Shown: positions 18,903 through 28,230 of the stretch, piece by piece
Position numbering within the stretch: the stretch's first letter is position 1
Layout of the letters: every line of letters starts with the position of its first letter
Assembly (NCBI GenBank): GCA_965219085.1
Contig: OZ244720.1
Location: forward strand, 2,176,001 to 2,240,000
From: Dehalococcoidia bacterium
GTDB taxonomy: Bacteria > Chloroflexota > Dehalococcoidia > UBA2979
Length of the DNA: 64,000 bases
Reading direction: 5' to 3'
Notes under the pieces: generated by a model
Told to the model about the DNA's origin: nothing
What the model saw: only the letters and a program-made list of their open reading frames with translations
Databases searched by the model: none
Program-made: the position numbers and the translations under genes

Positions 18903-19862
18903 ATGCGCGCTGCATTCCATGAGACCGAGGGCGGACTCGATGTGCTCCAGTACGGCGAGCTGCCGGACCCTGAGCCGGGACCGAACGACGTGCTGCTGCG
19001 CGTCCACGCCACCTCGATGGACCGGCTCGACGTGTTTACCCGCGAGGGTTCGCACGGCCAGGGCGTGGTCGGTGACCGCTACATCGGCGGCCGCGACTTC
19101 GCCGGCGTGGTCGAGGGCCTCGGGAGCGAGGTCCGGGGCTTCGAGGTGGGGCAGCGAGTCTTCGGATCGGCCTCGGCGACGCACGCCGAGCTGGCTCTCG
19201 CATCCACAGCGGGCACGTTCCCCATCCCCGACAACCTCTCGTTCGACGAGGCCGGCTCGGCGCCGACGTCGGGCCGCAGCGCGCACGGTGCGCTCATCCA
19301 GAAGGCGCGCATCGAGGCCGGTGAGACGGTGCTCGTGATCGCGGCGGGGAGCGGCGTCGGCAGCTTCGCGCTGCAGATCGCGAAGGCGTCGGGCTGCCAG
19401 GTCATCGCCACGGCGGGCTCCGCCGAGAAGTGCCAGCAGGCGCTCGACCTCGGCGCCGACGCGGCCATCAACCACTACGACGAGGACATCGCCGCGCGCG
19501 TCCGCGAGCTGACGGGCGGCCGTGGTGTCGAGGTGGTGTGCGATTCGGTCGGCACGCCCGTCTGGCGTGCGTCGACGGACTCGATGGCCCCCGAGGGGCG
19601 CTTCGTGACGTGCGGGGTGACGGCGGGCCACCTGGCGAGCATCCACCTCGGACGGCTGTTCACGATGGGGCATGCCTACATGGGCATCGGGCGGCCGGGG
19701 CCGTCCGAGACCCGCCGCACGCTGACGGGCCTGCTGCACATGCTCGAGCAGGGCTCGATCCGCTCGATCGTCCACGCGCGGTTCCCGCTGAGCGAGATCG
19801 CGCAGGCACACGAGCTGATGGAGGCGTCCACCTTCTTCGGCAAGATCGTCCTCAACCCGTAA
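18903..19862 (+). CDS. MDR-family NADPH:quinone oxidoreductase / zinc-binding dehydrogenase-like
   Basis: GRDFAGVV, AAGSGVGS, GKIVL; ATG at 18903 with GAGGAGG RBS. Confidence 0.85.
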   Translation: MRAAFHETEGGLDVLQYGELPDPEPGPNDVLLRVHATSMDRLDVFTREGSHGQGVVGDRYIGGRDFAGVVEGLGSEVRGFEVGQRVFGSASATHAELALASTAGTFPIPDNLSFDEAGSAPTSGRSAHGALIQKARIEAGETVLVIAAGSGVGSFALQIAKASGCQVIATAGSAEKCQQALDLGADAAINHYDEDIAARVRELTGGRGVEVVCDSVGTPVWRASTDSMAPEGRFVTCGVTAGHLASIHLGRLFTMGHAYMGIGRPGPSETRRTLTGLLHMLEQGSIRSIVHARFPLSEIAQAHELMEASTFFGKIVLNP

Positions 19863-19898
19863 AGAGACGCGGGGGCGCCAGGCATGTAGTCAGTACAG

Positions 19899-20240
19899 CT
19901 AGGCCTGGTCGTTAAGTGCTTCGACGTCCCGGCGGAGGTCGGGGAGACCGTCCTGGACCACGCCCGAGACGGTCGTGTCACGGATCCGCTGGTACTCGTG
20001 GATGAGAACGTTACGGAAGTCGATGATCGCCCGGTTGTCTCTGATCCGTGCAGCCAGGTCGGGGTCGCGCCTCCGCACTTGCGCCAGCGCCTCGCCAATG
20101 ATCCCGAACTGGCGCTCGACCGCGCTGCGCAACATGAGGTCTTCCTCGTACTCCGCGAACGAGCGGCCCGGCGTGAACTCTTCAATTGCCGAGATGGCGG
20201 CCTCGATGTCGTAGAGGTACATGCGAACCTCATCCTGCAT
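19899..20240 (-). CDS. HepT-like HEPN RNase toxin (DUF86)
   Basis: YLYDI..AI..I, AVERQFGIIGEA and RNVLIH (R-x4-H) motifs. Confidence 0.88.
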   Translation of the reverse strand: MQDEVRMYLYDIEAAISAIEEFTPGRSFAEYEEDLMLRSAVERQFGIIGEALAQVRRRDPDLAARIRDNRAIIDFRNVLIHEYQRIRDTTVSGVVQDGLPDLRRDVEALNDQA

Positions 20241-20538
20241 AGAACAGCTCGCGGGTCTCATCTACGCTCTCGCGGAAGTATGGATTCTTGATCGCCGAGT
20301 CCTCGACGAGGTCGATAGGTCGGCCGAACAGGTCCTGGAGCCTGTGGAGGAGGTCGAAGTACCTCTTCCAGGAATCACCCTGGGCCGGGGGGTGGAACTC
20401 GACGAGGAAGTCGAGGTCGCTCTCGTCGGGACGGAAGTTTCCGCGCACGGCCGAGCCGAACACGTCGAGCCGCCTCACCCGGTACTCCCGGCAGAGTTGT
20501 TCGACCTCAGACCGATGCTCCTCGACGATCGCGTGCAT
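20230..20538 (-). CDS. Minimal nucleotidyltransferase (MNT) antitoxin
   Basis: VFGSAVRG.F...SDLDFLVEF...RPIDLV; overlaps the HepT start. Confidence 0.88.
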   Translation of the reverse strand: MHAIVEEHRSEVEQLCREYRVRRLDVFGSAVRGNFRPDESDLDFLVEFHPPAQGDSWKRYFDLLHRLQDLFGRPIDLVEDSAIKNPYFRESVDETRELFYAG

Positions 20539-20630
20539 CGGAGCGCCTCCCCATACACGATACCCCGAGGAGCCTGACACGTCCGCCGATGCGATGATAG
20601 GCAGCGCCCCACCCCGAGAAAGGTCACCCC

Positions 20631-21098
20631 ATGCCCGAAGCACCGACGAAGATTGAGCCGCAGGGCCTCGGCGATTACCTGGACGTGATGAGCAAGGCCG
20701 TGTTCCAGAGCGGCATGTCATGGAAGGTCGTCGAGGGCAAGTGGGACACGACCCGCGAGGCGTTCCACGACTTCGACGCCGAGCGCGTCGCCTCGATGAG
20801 CGAACCGGAGATCGACGCCCTCGCCAACGACACGCGCGTCATTCGCAACCGCCGCAAGCTCAACGCCATCGTCAGCAACGCAGGCCGCATGTTGGAGCTC
20901 GAGGACGAGCACGGCTCGTTCGAGGGCTACCTGCGATCTCGGGACGACTTCTGGGACACGCTCAAGATGGTGCGCAAGGACTTCAAGTTCCTCGGCGACT
21001 TCGGGGCGTACTACTTCCTCTTCGTCGTCGGCGAGGACGTGCCGCCGCACGATGAGTTCCGCGCGCAGATCCCCGAGGCGGCCCGCAGCCGGCGCTAA
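20631..21098 (+). CDS. DNA-3-methyladenine glycosylase I family protein
   Basis: FQSGMSW.VV..K...AFHDFD...IRNRRKL.A...NA...FKFLG. Confidence 0.8.
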   Translation: MPEAPTKIEPQGLGDYLDVMSKAVFQSGMSWKVVEGKWDTTREAFHDFDAERVASMSEPEIDALANDTRVIRNRRKLNAIVSNAGRMLELEDEHGSFEGYLRSRDDFWDTLKMVRKDFKFLGDFGAYYFLFVVGEDVPPHDEFRAQIPEAARSRR

Positions 21099-21102
21099 CC
21101 GG

Positions 21103-22323
21103 CTACCCGCGTCCCGAGGCGACTGCGGCGCACGCCTCGCCGAGGCGTGCAATGGCCTCGCGCAGCACGTCGGGCGTGAGGGTTGGGTAGGCGAGGCGGA
21201 TGTGGCGCTCGTCGGCGCCTTCGGGCGCGTAGAGCGTGCCCGTCGTGACCGCCACGTCGCGCTCGGCGGCGGCCGCCTGCAACGCGCTCGCGTCGATACC
21301 GTCGGCGAGGCGAATCCACAGGTAGAAGCCACCCGAGGGCGTCACGAACGTCGCGAGTTCGCCGAACGCGGCGCGCACCGCCTCGGCGGCTGCGTCGCGG
21401 CGCTCGCGGTACAGGTCCTGAATGCGTTCGAGGTGCGCCGCGTGTGTGCCGCCCTCGTAGTAGGCGAGCAGCGTGCGCAGCACGAGCGGCGAGCTGCCGT
21501 TGTCGAGGCGTGTGAACACCACCTGCCGGATCGCCTCGGCCGCGCCGACGACCCAGCCGACGCGCAGCCCGGTCGCGACCGTCTTCGACGCCGTGCCGAC
21601 ATGCAGCACGCCGCGCCCGCGCGCGACCGAGAACAGCGAGTCCGGCGCCGGCCCGTCGAAGTCGAGCCCGGCGTATGCGTCGTCCTCGACGATGAGCACG
21701 CCGTGGCGGGCCGCGATCTCGACCAGCGCCTCGCGGCGTTCGAGGGTCACCGTCGCGCCGCTCGGGTTGTCGTAGGTGGCGACGAGGTAGATGAGCTTGA
21801 CCACGGCGCCCTGGGCGGCGAGGCGGCCGAGCACCGCTTCGAGCGCGTCGGCGCGCATGCCGGCGTCGTCCTGCGGGACGGCGGCGATGCGCGCGCCGCG
21901 CGCGCGGAACGAGCGGATCGCGCCGGGGTAGGCGGGCGCGCTGATCACGGCGATGTCGCCGGGCCCGAGGAACGTAGCGGCGATGTTGTCGATCGCGTGC
22001 GCGCTACCGGAGCAGAGCGTGACGTTGCCCGGGGCGAGCGCGAGGCCGCTCGCCTCCGACTCGCGGCCGGCGATCCACGCGCGCAGCGGCTCGTAGCCCT
22101 GCGCCCCGCCGTAGGTGAGCGCGCCGGCGGGGTCGTCGCGCAGTGCGCGATGGATCGCGTCGGCGACGGCGTCGACGGGCAACGAGGTCGGGTCGGGCAC
22201 GCCGGCGTTGAGGTCGTAGGCGAGGGGGGAAAGCGAAGTCGGCTGCGCGAGGCCCGCCACGAACGGCCCAAGCAGCCGTTCGTAGTCGGCCCCGCTGGCA
22301 AATGCAGGCTCGTCGGTACTCAC
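21103..22323 (-). CDS. PLP-dependent aminotransferase (class I/II, MocR-like without HTH)
   Basis: NPSG, IVEDDAY, GTASKTVATGLRVGW and GGFYLW motifs. Confidence 0.87.
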   Translation of the reverse strand: MSTDEPAFASGADYERLLGPFVAGLAQPTSLSPLAYDLNAGVPDPTSLPVDAVADAIHRALRDDPAGALTYGGAQGYEPLRAWIAGRESEASGLALAPGNVTLCSGSAHAIDNIAATFLGPGDIAVISAPAYPGAIRSFRARGARIAAVPQDDAGMRADALEAVLGRLAAQGAVVKLIYLVATYDNPSGATVTLERREALVEIAARHGVLIVEDDAYAGLDFDGPAPDSLFSVARGRGVLHVGTASKTVATGLRVGWVVGAAEAIRQVVFTRLDNGSSPLVLRTLLAYYEGGTHAAHLERIQDLYRERRDAAAEAVRAAFGELATFVTPSGGFYLWIRLADGIDASALQAAAAERDVAVTTGTLYAPEGADERHIRLAYPTLTPDVLREAIARLGEACAAVASGRG

Positions 22324-22499
22324 GGTCGCGCAGCGTACGGGCCCGCGCGTGAGACGACAATGCACTGGCCGTGATGGGCCCGCACACGCGGCGCTGTGAC
22401 CCCTCGTGGCAGGCGGTACACTTGCCCGGTGACGAGCCCGCGAGGCTGCTCGTGGGCCATCCGAAGCGGCGGTCCCCTACCCCACAGCGAGGAGACGCG

Positions 22500-23519
22500 A
22501 TGACCACCGGACCTGCGCAGCAACCACAGCAACCACAGGTCGTCGACGCCCCCAACTTCGACGGCGGGGAATGGCTGCAGGGCGGCCCGGTCAACGTCCG
22601 GGGTCTCGGCAAGCCGCTGCTCGTCGAGTTCTGGGACTACACCTCCGTCAACTGCCTGCGCACCATCCCGTACCTCGCTGAGTGGCACCGGCGCTACGAG
22701 CAGCACGGGCTCACCATCGTTGGCGTGCACACGCCTGAGTTCGACTTCGCGCGCAACCCCGAGCGCGTGCGCCAGGCGATCGCTGACCTCGAGGTGCCGT
22801 ACCCGGTGGTGCTCGACTCGCAGTTCGAGATCTGGCGGGCGTACGCGAACCGCTTCTGGCCCTCCAAGTACTTCGTCGACGGGCAGGGCAAGGTCCGCGC
22901 ACAGCACGCCGGCGAGGGCGCCTACGACGAGTCGGAGCAGGTGATCCAGGCGCTGCTGCGCGAGCAGGAGGGGTTCGACGCCGAGCTGCCGGACCTCATG
23001 GAGCCGCTGCGCCCCGAGGACGGCCCCGGCGCGGTCTCCTACCGCGTTACGCCGGAGCTGTACTGCGGCTACTCGCGCGGCGTCATCGGCAACCTCGGCG
23101 GACCGCAGCCGGACCGCCCGCACCGCTACGCCGACCCCGGCAAGCACGTCGAGGGCACGCTGTACCTCGACGGCCACTGGATGGTCTCCGGAGAGAACGC
23201 GGCGCGGCCATTCGGAGCACAGGGCGCGAGCCGTATGACGCTCACCTACATGGCCGCCGACGTGAACCTCGTGCTGCACCCGCCGATCATGGGCGGCGTG
23301 GGCGAGGCGCGCGTGCTGCTCGACGGCGAGCCCGTCGCGGGTGACGCGGCCGGCGAGGACGTCGAGGGCGGCGCGATCAACGTCGACAGGCCCCGCATGT
23401 ACCGCCTCGTGCGAGGCATCGACGTGGAGCGGCACACGGTCACGGTGGAGACCGAGTCGGACGGGCTCGCCGCGTTCGCCTTCACGTTCACGTCGTGCGT
23501 CGCGCCCCCGCCGGAGTAG
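22500..23519 (+). CDS. DipZ-like redoxin (thioredoxin domain plus DipZ C-terminal domain)
   Basis: LVEFWDYTSVNC, GVHTPEF, NRFWP, GEGAY, TPELY, RMYRLV, AFTF. Confidence 0.82.
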   Translation: MTTGPAQQPQQPQVVDAPNFDGGEWLQGGPVNVRGLGKPLLVEFWDYTSVNCLRTIPYLAEWHRRYEQHGLTIVGVHTPEFDFARNPERVRQAIADLEVPYPVVLDSQFEIWRAYANRFWPSKYFVDGQGKVRAQHAGEGAYDESEQVIQALLREQEGFDAELPDLMEPLRPEDGPGAVSYRVTPELYCGYSRGVIGNLGGPQPDRPHRYADPGKHVEGTLYLDGHWMVSGENAARPFGAQGASRMTLTYMAADVNLVLHPPIMGGVGEARVLLDGEPVAGDAAGEDVEGGAINVDRPRMYRLVRGIDVERHTVTVETESDGLAAFAFTFTSCVAPPPE

Positions 23520-23551
23520 CGCGGGGCACGGGGCGATCCAGGCTGCGCCAC

Positions 23552-23783
23552 ATGGGTGAGATAACCATCCCTTTGGACGACCAGACCGCCCGCTGGGCGC
23601 CGGGCCGAGGCGGCCCGGCGGCGTATCAGCGTGTCGCGATTCGTGGCCGGTCTGCTCCGCGACGAGATGGCTCGTGACGACCGTTACGAGCAGGCTCAAC
23701 AGTCATACCTCACACAGTCGCCCGGGGATCTGAGCTCTGGATCGAGGGCATACCCATCCCGCGATGAGTTGCACCATTGGTGA
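23552..23783 (+). pseudogene. Frameshifted CopG/RHH-type antitoxin
   Basis: MGEITIPLDDQTARWA, then a frame change to RAEAARRRISVSRFVAGLLRDEM...YPSRDELHHW*. Confidence 0.7.
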
Positions 23784-23784
23784 C

Positions 23785-23915
23785 GTGAAGGTCTCGTTTA
23801 GACCGCCCAGCGCGCAGGCTGCACCTTCCTGCTGACAGAAGACCTCAGTGACGGCCAGCGTGTGAGCGCCGTCACCGTGATCAACCCCTTCACCCACGAT
23901 CCACCCTCCAGCTGA
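23785..23915 (+). pseudogene. Internally deleted PIN (VapC-like) toxin remnant
   Basis: Only a short start and the C-terminal AQRAGCTFLLTEDLSDGQRVSAVTVINPF remain, in different frames. Confidence 0.7.
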
Positions 23916-24100
23916 GAGCGGCTTGTCGAACGTTCACATCGTGCGTCGCGCCGCCGCCGCGGTAGCGGTGGGGACGAGCGGCGAGGCGCCAACTGGTACG
24001 TCATAACCTCGCGCGCTGCTACGCTGCCTGCCGTCCGGCCTGCGTGGCCGGTTCGCAACGCCCGCCGGGCACGGCGCCGCGGGCGCCCGAGGGTGCGATC

Positions 24101-24535
24101 GTGGTCGAGCAGCGTCGCCTCAACGTCTTTTTCGACGTCGACTACACGCTGATCATGGCCGACGGGCGGCTGCGCAATCACACCGAGGAGGTGTTCCAGC
24201 GCCTCAAGGATGCCGGCCACTCCATCTACATCTGGTCCGGTGTTGGCATTCGCCGCTTCGACATGCGCCTCCACGGCCTCGACGGCTACGTCGACGACTA
24301 CTTCGTGAAGCCGCTCTACCGCTACCGCGAACGGCTCGATGAGATGGACGTCACGGTCGTCCCGGACTACGTGATCGACGACCACCCGCAGGTCGTGCGC
24401 GCCTTTGACGCCGGCTACCACATCCCCGACATCGCCCGCCGCGACGACCGCGAGCTGCTCAACGTGCTCGAGGAGATCGAGGCGCTCGCCGACGGCCGCG
24501 CGGCCGGCGGCGACGGGGCGAGCGAGGACGCATAG
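24101..24535 (+). CDS. HAD-superfamily-like small protein
   Basis: FFDVDYTL (DxD), IWSG, VKP and IDD motifs; start uncertain. Confidence 0.7.
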   Translation: MVEQRRLNVFFDVDYTLIMADGRLRNHTEEVFQRLKDAGHSIYIWSGVGIRRFDMRLHGLDGYVDDYFVKPLYRYRERLDEMDVTVVPDYVIDDHPQVVRAFDAGYHIPDIARRDDRELLNVLEEIEALADGRAAGGDGASEDA

Positions 24536-24545
24536 CGAGGCCGCC

Positions 24546-24962
24546 GTGGAACTCACCGACGAACAGTGCGCGTACCTCGACCGCAACCTCCTCGCCATCC
24601 TCGCCACGTCGAGGCGCGACGGGACGCCGCAGGTGTCGACCGTCCACTACTCGGTGCAGGACGACGGCATCTACGTCGGCGTTGGGCGCGGTAGCGCGAA
24701 GTGGTTCAACGCCGGGCGGCAGCCGCGCGTCGCGCTGCTCGTCAACGAGGGCCGCGCGCAGGTCGTCATCTACGGCGCCGCCGAGCAGGTCGGCGACGAC
24801 CCGGAGCGTGTCGACCGCTACCGCGCGCACCGCACGCAGACGCACGGCAAGGGCGGCGAACTCGGCCTGCCGCCCGAAGGCGACGCCTTCCGCGAGCTGC
24901 TCGACGCGGGCAACCGCGCGCTGCTGCGCATCACCCCGGACCGCGTGCTCAAGAACGACTAG
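24546..24962 (+). CDS. PPOX-class (putative F420-dependent) protein
   Basis: LATSRRDGTPQVS...AKWFN...PRVAL...LLRITP. Confidence 0.8.
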   Translation: MELTDEQCAYLDRNLLAILATSRRDGTPQVSTVHYSVQDDGIYVGVGRGSAKWFNAGRQPRVALLVNEGRAQVVIYGAAEQVGDDPERVDRYRAHRTQTHGKGGELGLPPEGDAFRELLDAGNRALLRITPDRVLKND

Positions 24963-24991
24963 CCCGCGAGGTATCGAGCACGCCTCGGCCG

Positions 24992-25792
24992 CTACGCCTC
25001 CGGCGCGGGACGCGCGCCGCCCTGGCCACCCGCCTCCGTCATCTGCACGTGCGCTTGCACGAGCGCCGCGATGCGGCCCCGCTCCAGGCTCGCCGTCGCT
25101 CGTAGCGGCTCGGCGTCCGCGGCCTGCGCGCCCGTGGCGAGCATCGGCAGGGCGATGCCCGTTCGTGAGTCGTCACCGAGCCGCAGCAGCGGCTCGGCGA
25201 TCGTCCAGCCCGAGCACCCCGAGTGCCGCGAGGGTTCGCGCGACACGCGTGCTGCCCAGTCGAGCGCTCGCTCGAGCACGTCGTAGTGCGAGAACAGGCG
25301 GTAGTCCGGGTCCCACCAATCGCGCTCGAAGCAGCCTGGTGACCAGTCGATGGGCAATGGCCGGTCGTCGTCCGCGAGCGGGTCGAGCGCGACGAGCCAG
25401 AGCGAGGCGCCGAGGGCGAGCGGCGTCGTGTGGTAGTTGTCGCCGCCCTCGGTGGTCCACGTCAGGGCGTGCGTCGTGGCCATCGCCTGCGAGACGCGCG
25501 CGTCGACGCCGAGCCCTGCGGCCATCAGCGTGCGCGTGACGATGATGTGCCCGATCAGCCGCGCCTCCTCGTCTGAGGCGGTGACCTCGCCGGTGGGGAG
25601 GGTCAGCGACGCCTCGCCATCCCGCGGGAAGCACGCGAAGGTCGAGGTGATGCCGCAGCCGTGACCGAGCGCGCCCGGCTGCCCGAAGGCATCGAGGAGC
25701 GCGTCGAGCTCGTTGGGGTCGTCGACGGCGCCGCGGTCGCGGGCGGCCGGCCAGAGCCTGAGGGCGATATCGAGGACTGGACTGTCTGACAC
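24992..25792 (-). CDS. Hypothetical protein
   Basis: Long ORF with typical codon bias; GTG at 25792 preceded by a TAGCGT -10-like hexamer. Confidence 0.6.
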   Translation of the reverse strand: MSDSPVLDIALRLWPAARDRGAVDDPNELDALLDAFGQPGALGHGCGITSTFACFPRDGEASLTLPTGEVTASDEEARLIGHIIVTRTLMAAGLGVDARVSQAMATTHALTWTTEGGDNYHTTPLALGASLWLVALDPLADDDRPLPIDWSPGCFERDWWDPDYRLFSHYDVLERALDWAARVSREPSRHSGCSGWTIAEPLLRLGDDSRTGIALPMLATGAQAADAEPLRATASLERGRIAALVQAHVQMTEAGGQGGARPAPEA

Positions 25793-26036
25793 CCTCGCGA
25801 CGCTACGAACGGCCCCCGGCAGTGTCAACGTGGCAGTGACTCCAGGGGAGCTCGACGATCTCGCATTCCGGCACACGCGAGCGTTGTTGGGCAGGCGGTC
25901 GAGATCAACGGCGGCAGCCACGGGCGGTTGACGGGCGACACGCCTTGCTCGCGTTCGACTCGCTAACCGCGACACTGTAGCGTCCACCCCTGCGGTCGAC
26001 TAGAACAGTCGCCGCTGTGGCAGGGCCGGGAGTTAC

Positions 26037-28040
26037 GTGATGCGCGCACGTCTGGCGGTCCTGGTGGTCGCGGGGTTGATCGCGGTCCTGGGCGTGACGG
26101 CCATCACCGCCTCCGGTGCGGGCCACGAGACCGAGGTGCGCGTCACCGCGCAGCGCCTCGCCGACGGCCGGACCGAGTTCGCGCTGCAGCAGCGCGAGGC
26201 GGACGGGGAGTGGGGTGAGCGGCTGCTGACGCGGGCACGGTTCTTCCCCGCCACGGCCACGGTCGGGCGCTGGCTGTCGAGCACGCCGCTCACGGTGCGC
26301 GCGCCGGGCGCCGGCGACGATGCCGAAGGCGCCGAGGTGCGCATCACGGCGCAACGCCTCGCCGACGATCGCATCGAGTTCGCGCTGCAAGAGCGCGAGG
26401 CGGACGGGGAGTGGGGTGAGCGGCTGCTGACGCGGGCGCGGTTCTTCCCCGCCACGGTCACGGTCGGGCGCTGGCTGTCGAGCACGCCGTTGACGGTGAG
26501 TCTGCCGGAGCCAGCGGCATCGCCGGACACGGCCGAAGACGGGGGGAGCGTGGCGTCGGACCGGGCGGCGCTGGTCGCGCTCTACAACGCCACGGAAGGC
26601 GCAAGCTGGTGGACCAGCACGAACTGGCTGAGTGACAGGCCCCTCGATGAGTGGCACGGCGTCACCACGAACAGCGACGGCCGTGTCGCTGGGCTGGACC
26701 TCTCGCTCAACCTGTTGACGGGGCCGATCCCGGCCGAGTTGGGTGGCCTTAGCAAGCTCGTATCGCTGTACCTCGACAACAACGAGTTGACGGGGCCGAT
26801 CCCGGCCTGGCTGGGCGACCTCACCAATCTGCAAGTGCTGTGGCTGTCCGGCAACGAGCTGACAGGGTGCGTGCCCTTCGGTTTGCAAGATGCATGGCCG
26901 AATGCCCTTTTGGCACTCGACCTGCCTGACTGCGGCGAGGACCGGGCGGCGCTAGTCGCGTTCTACGAGGCCACAGACGGCACAAACTGGACCCACGACT
27001 GGAACTGGCTGAGCGACAGGCCCCTCGATGAGTGGCACGGCGTCACCACGAACAGCGACGGCCGTGTCGCTGAGTTGTGGCTGTTGAGCAACGAGTTGAC
27101 AGGTCCGATCCCGGCCGCGCTGGGCGACCTCACCAACCTGGAGTTGCTGGATCTCTGGGGCAACGAGTTGACGGGGCCGATCCCGGCCGAGTTGGGTGAT
27201 CTCTCCAACCTGCACACGCTGTCCCTCGCGTTCAACGAGTTGACGGGGCCGATCCCGGCCGAGCTGGGCGACCTGAGCAATCTGGAACGGCTGGACCTCC
27301 GGTTCAACGAGTTGACGGGTCCGATCCCGGCCGCGCTGGGCGACCTCACCAACCTGGAACGGCTGATCCTCTGGGACAACCGGTTGACGGGGCCGATCCC
27401 GGCTGAGCTGGGCGACCTCTTCAACCTGGAGGCACTGGTCCTCCGGTCCAACGAGTTGACGGGGCCGATCCCGGCCGAGCTGGGTGACCTCACCAACCTG
27501 GAATCGCTGGACCTCCAGTCCAACCAGTTGACGGGGCCGATCCCGGCCGAGTTGCGTGGCCTCAGCAACCTGGTACGGCTGTACCTCGAGAACAACGAGT
27601 TGACGGGGCCGATCCCGGCCGAGCTTGGCGACCTCGCCAACCTGGCAAGGCTGGACCTCTCAGGCAACCAGTTGACGGGGCCGATCCCGGCCGAGCTGGG
27701 TAACCTCACCAACCTGATTCGGCTGATCCTCGGGTTGAACGAGTTGACGGGGCTGATTCCGGCCTGGCTGGGCGACCTCACCAACCTGACTCGGCTGAGC
27801 CTCTCGGGCAACGGCTTGAGGGGGCCGATCCCCGCCGAGCTTGGTGGCCTTACGAACCTGTCTTGGCTGTCCCTCAGCGACAACCAGTTGACGGGGCCGG
27901 TCCCGGCCGAGCTGGGCGCCCTCACCGACCTGCAAGCGCTGTGGCTGTCGGGCAACGAGTTGACAGGGTGTGTGCCCGTCGGCTTGCGGGATGTAGCGTC
28001 GAACGATCTCGGGGCCCTCGACCTGCCCGACTGCGGCTAG
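26037..28040 (+). CDS. Secreted leucine-rich repeat protein (plant-receptor-type 24-aa LRRs)
   Basis: Signal peptide, duplicated ~57-aa N-terminal module, then two capped LRR blocks (3 and 13 repeats of LxLxxNxLTGPIPAELGxLxxL). Confidence 0.9.
   Translation: MMRARLAVLVVAGLIAVLGVTAITASGAGHETEVRVTAQRLADGRTEFALQQREADGEWGERLLTRARFFPATATVGRWLSSTPLTVRAPGAGDDAEGAEVRITAQRLADDRIEFALQEREADGEWGERLLTRARFFPATVTVGRWLSSTPLTVSLPEPAASPDTAEDGGSVASDRAALVALYNATEGASWWTSTNWLSDRPLDEWHGVTTNSDGRVAGLDLSLNLLTGPIPAELGGLSKLVSLYLDNNELTGPIPAWLGDLTNLQVLWLSGNELTGCVPFGLQDAWPNALLALDLPDCGEDRAALVAFYEATDGTNWTHDWNWLSDRPLDEWHGVTTNSDGRVAELWLLSNELTGPIPAALGDLTNLELLDLWGNELTGPIPAELGDLSNLHTLSLAFNELTGPIPAELGDLSNLERLDLRFNELTGPIPAALGDLTNLERLILWDNRLTGPIPAELGDLFNLEALVLRSNELTGPIPAELGDLTNLESLDLQSNQLTGPIPAELRGLSNLVRLYLENNELTGPIPAELGDLANLARLDLSGNQLTGPIPAELGNLTNLIRLILGLNELTGLIPAWLGDLTNLTRLSLSGNGLRGPIPAELGGLTNLSWLSLSDNQLTGPVPAELGALTDLQALWLSGNELTGCVPVGLRDVASNDLGALDLPDCG
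27065..27980 (+). repeat. 72-bp coding tandem repeats (LRR units)
   Basis: AACGAGTTGACGGGGCCGATCCCGGCCGAG-like core recurs every 72 nt. Confidence 0.9.
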
Positions 28041-28230
28041 ACCGTATGAGCCCGTCTCAGCAGGCCACCGGGGAGTGCCGGTGAATGCGCTGCCCGGTCT
28101 GAACGGAGGGCATTGAGGCCGGGCGGAAGGGTGCAGGCCGAGGGGCAGAGACAGTAGCTGGGTACACCCCCTCTTGATGCACTATGCGCGGCCCGTGGCC
28201 CGGTCGCCCACCGCCGCCTACGATCGCCGC

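Noticed and set aside
27065-27980. Regular constant/variable 72-bp periodicity resembling a CRISPR array
   Set aside because: The units are in-frame LRR codons, the 'spacers' are homologous to each other, and no cas genes are present.
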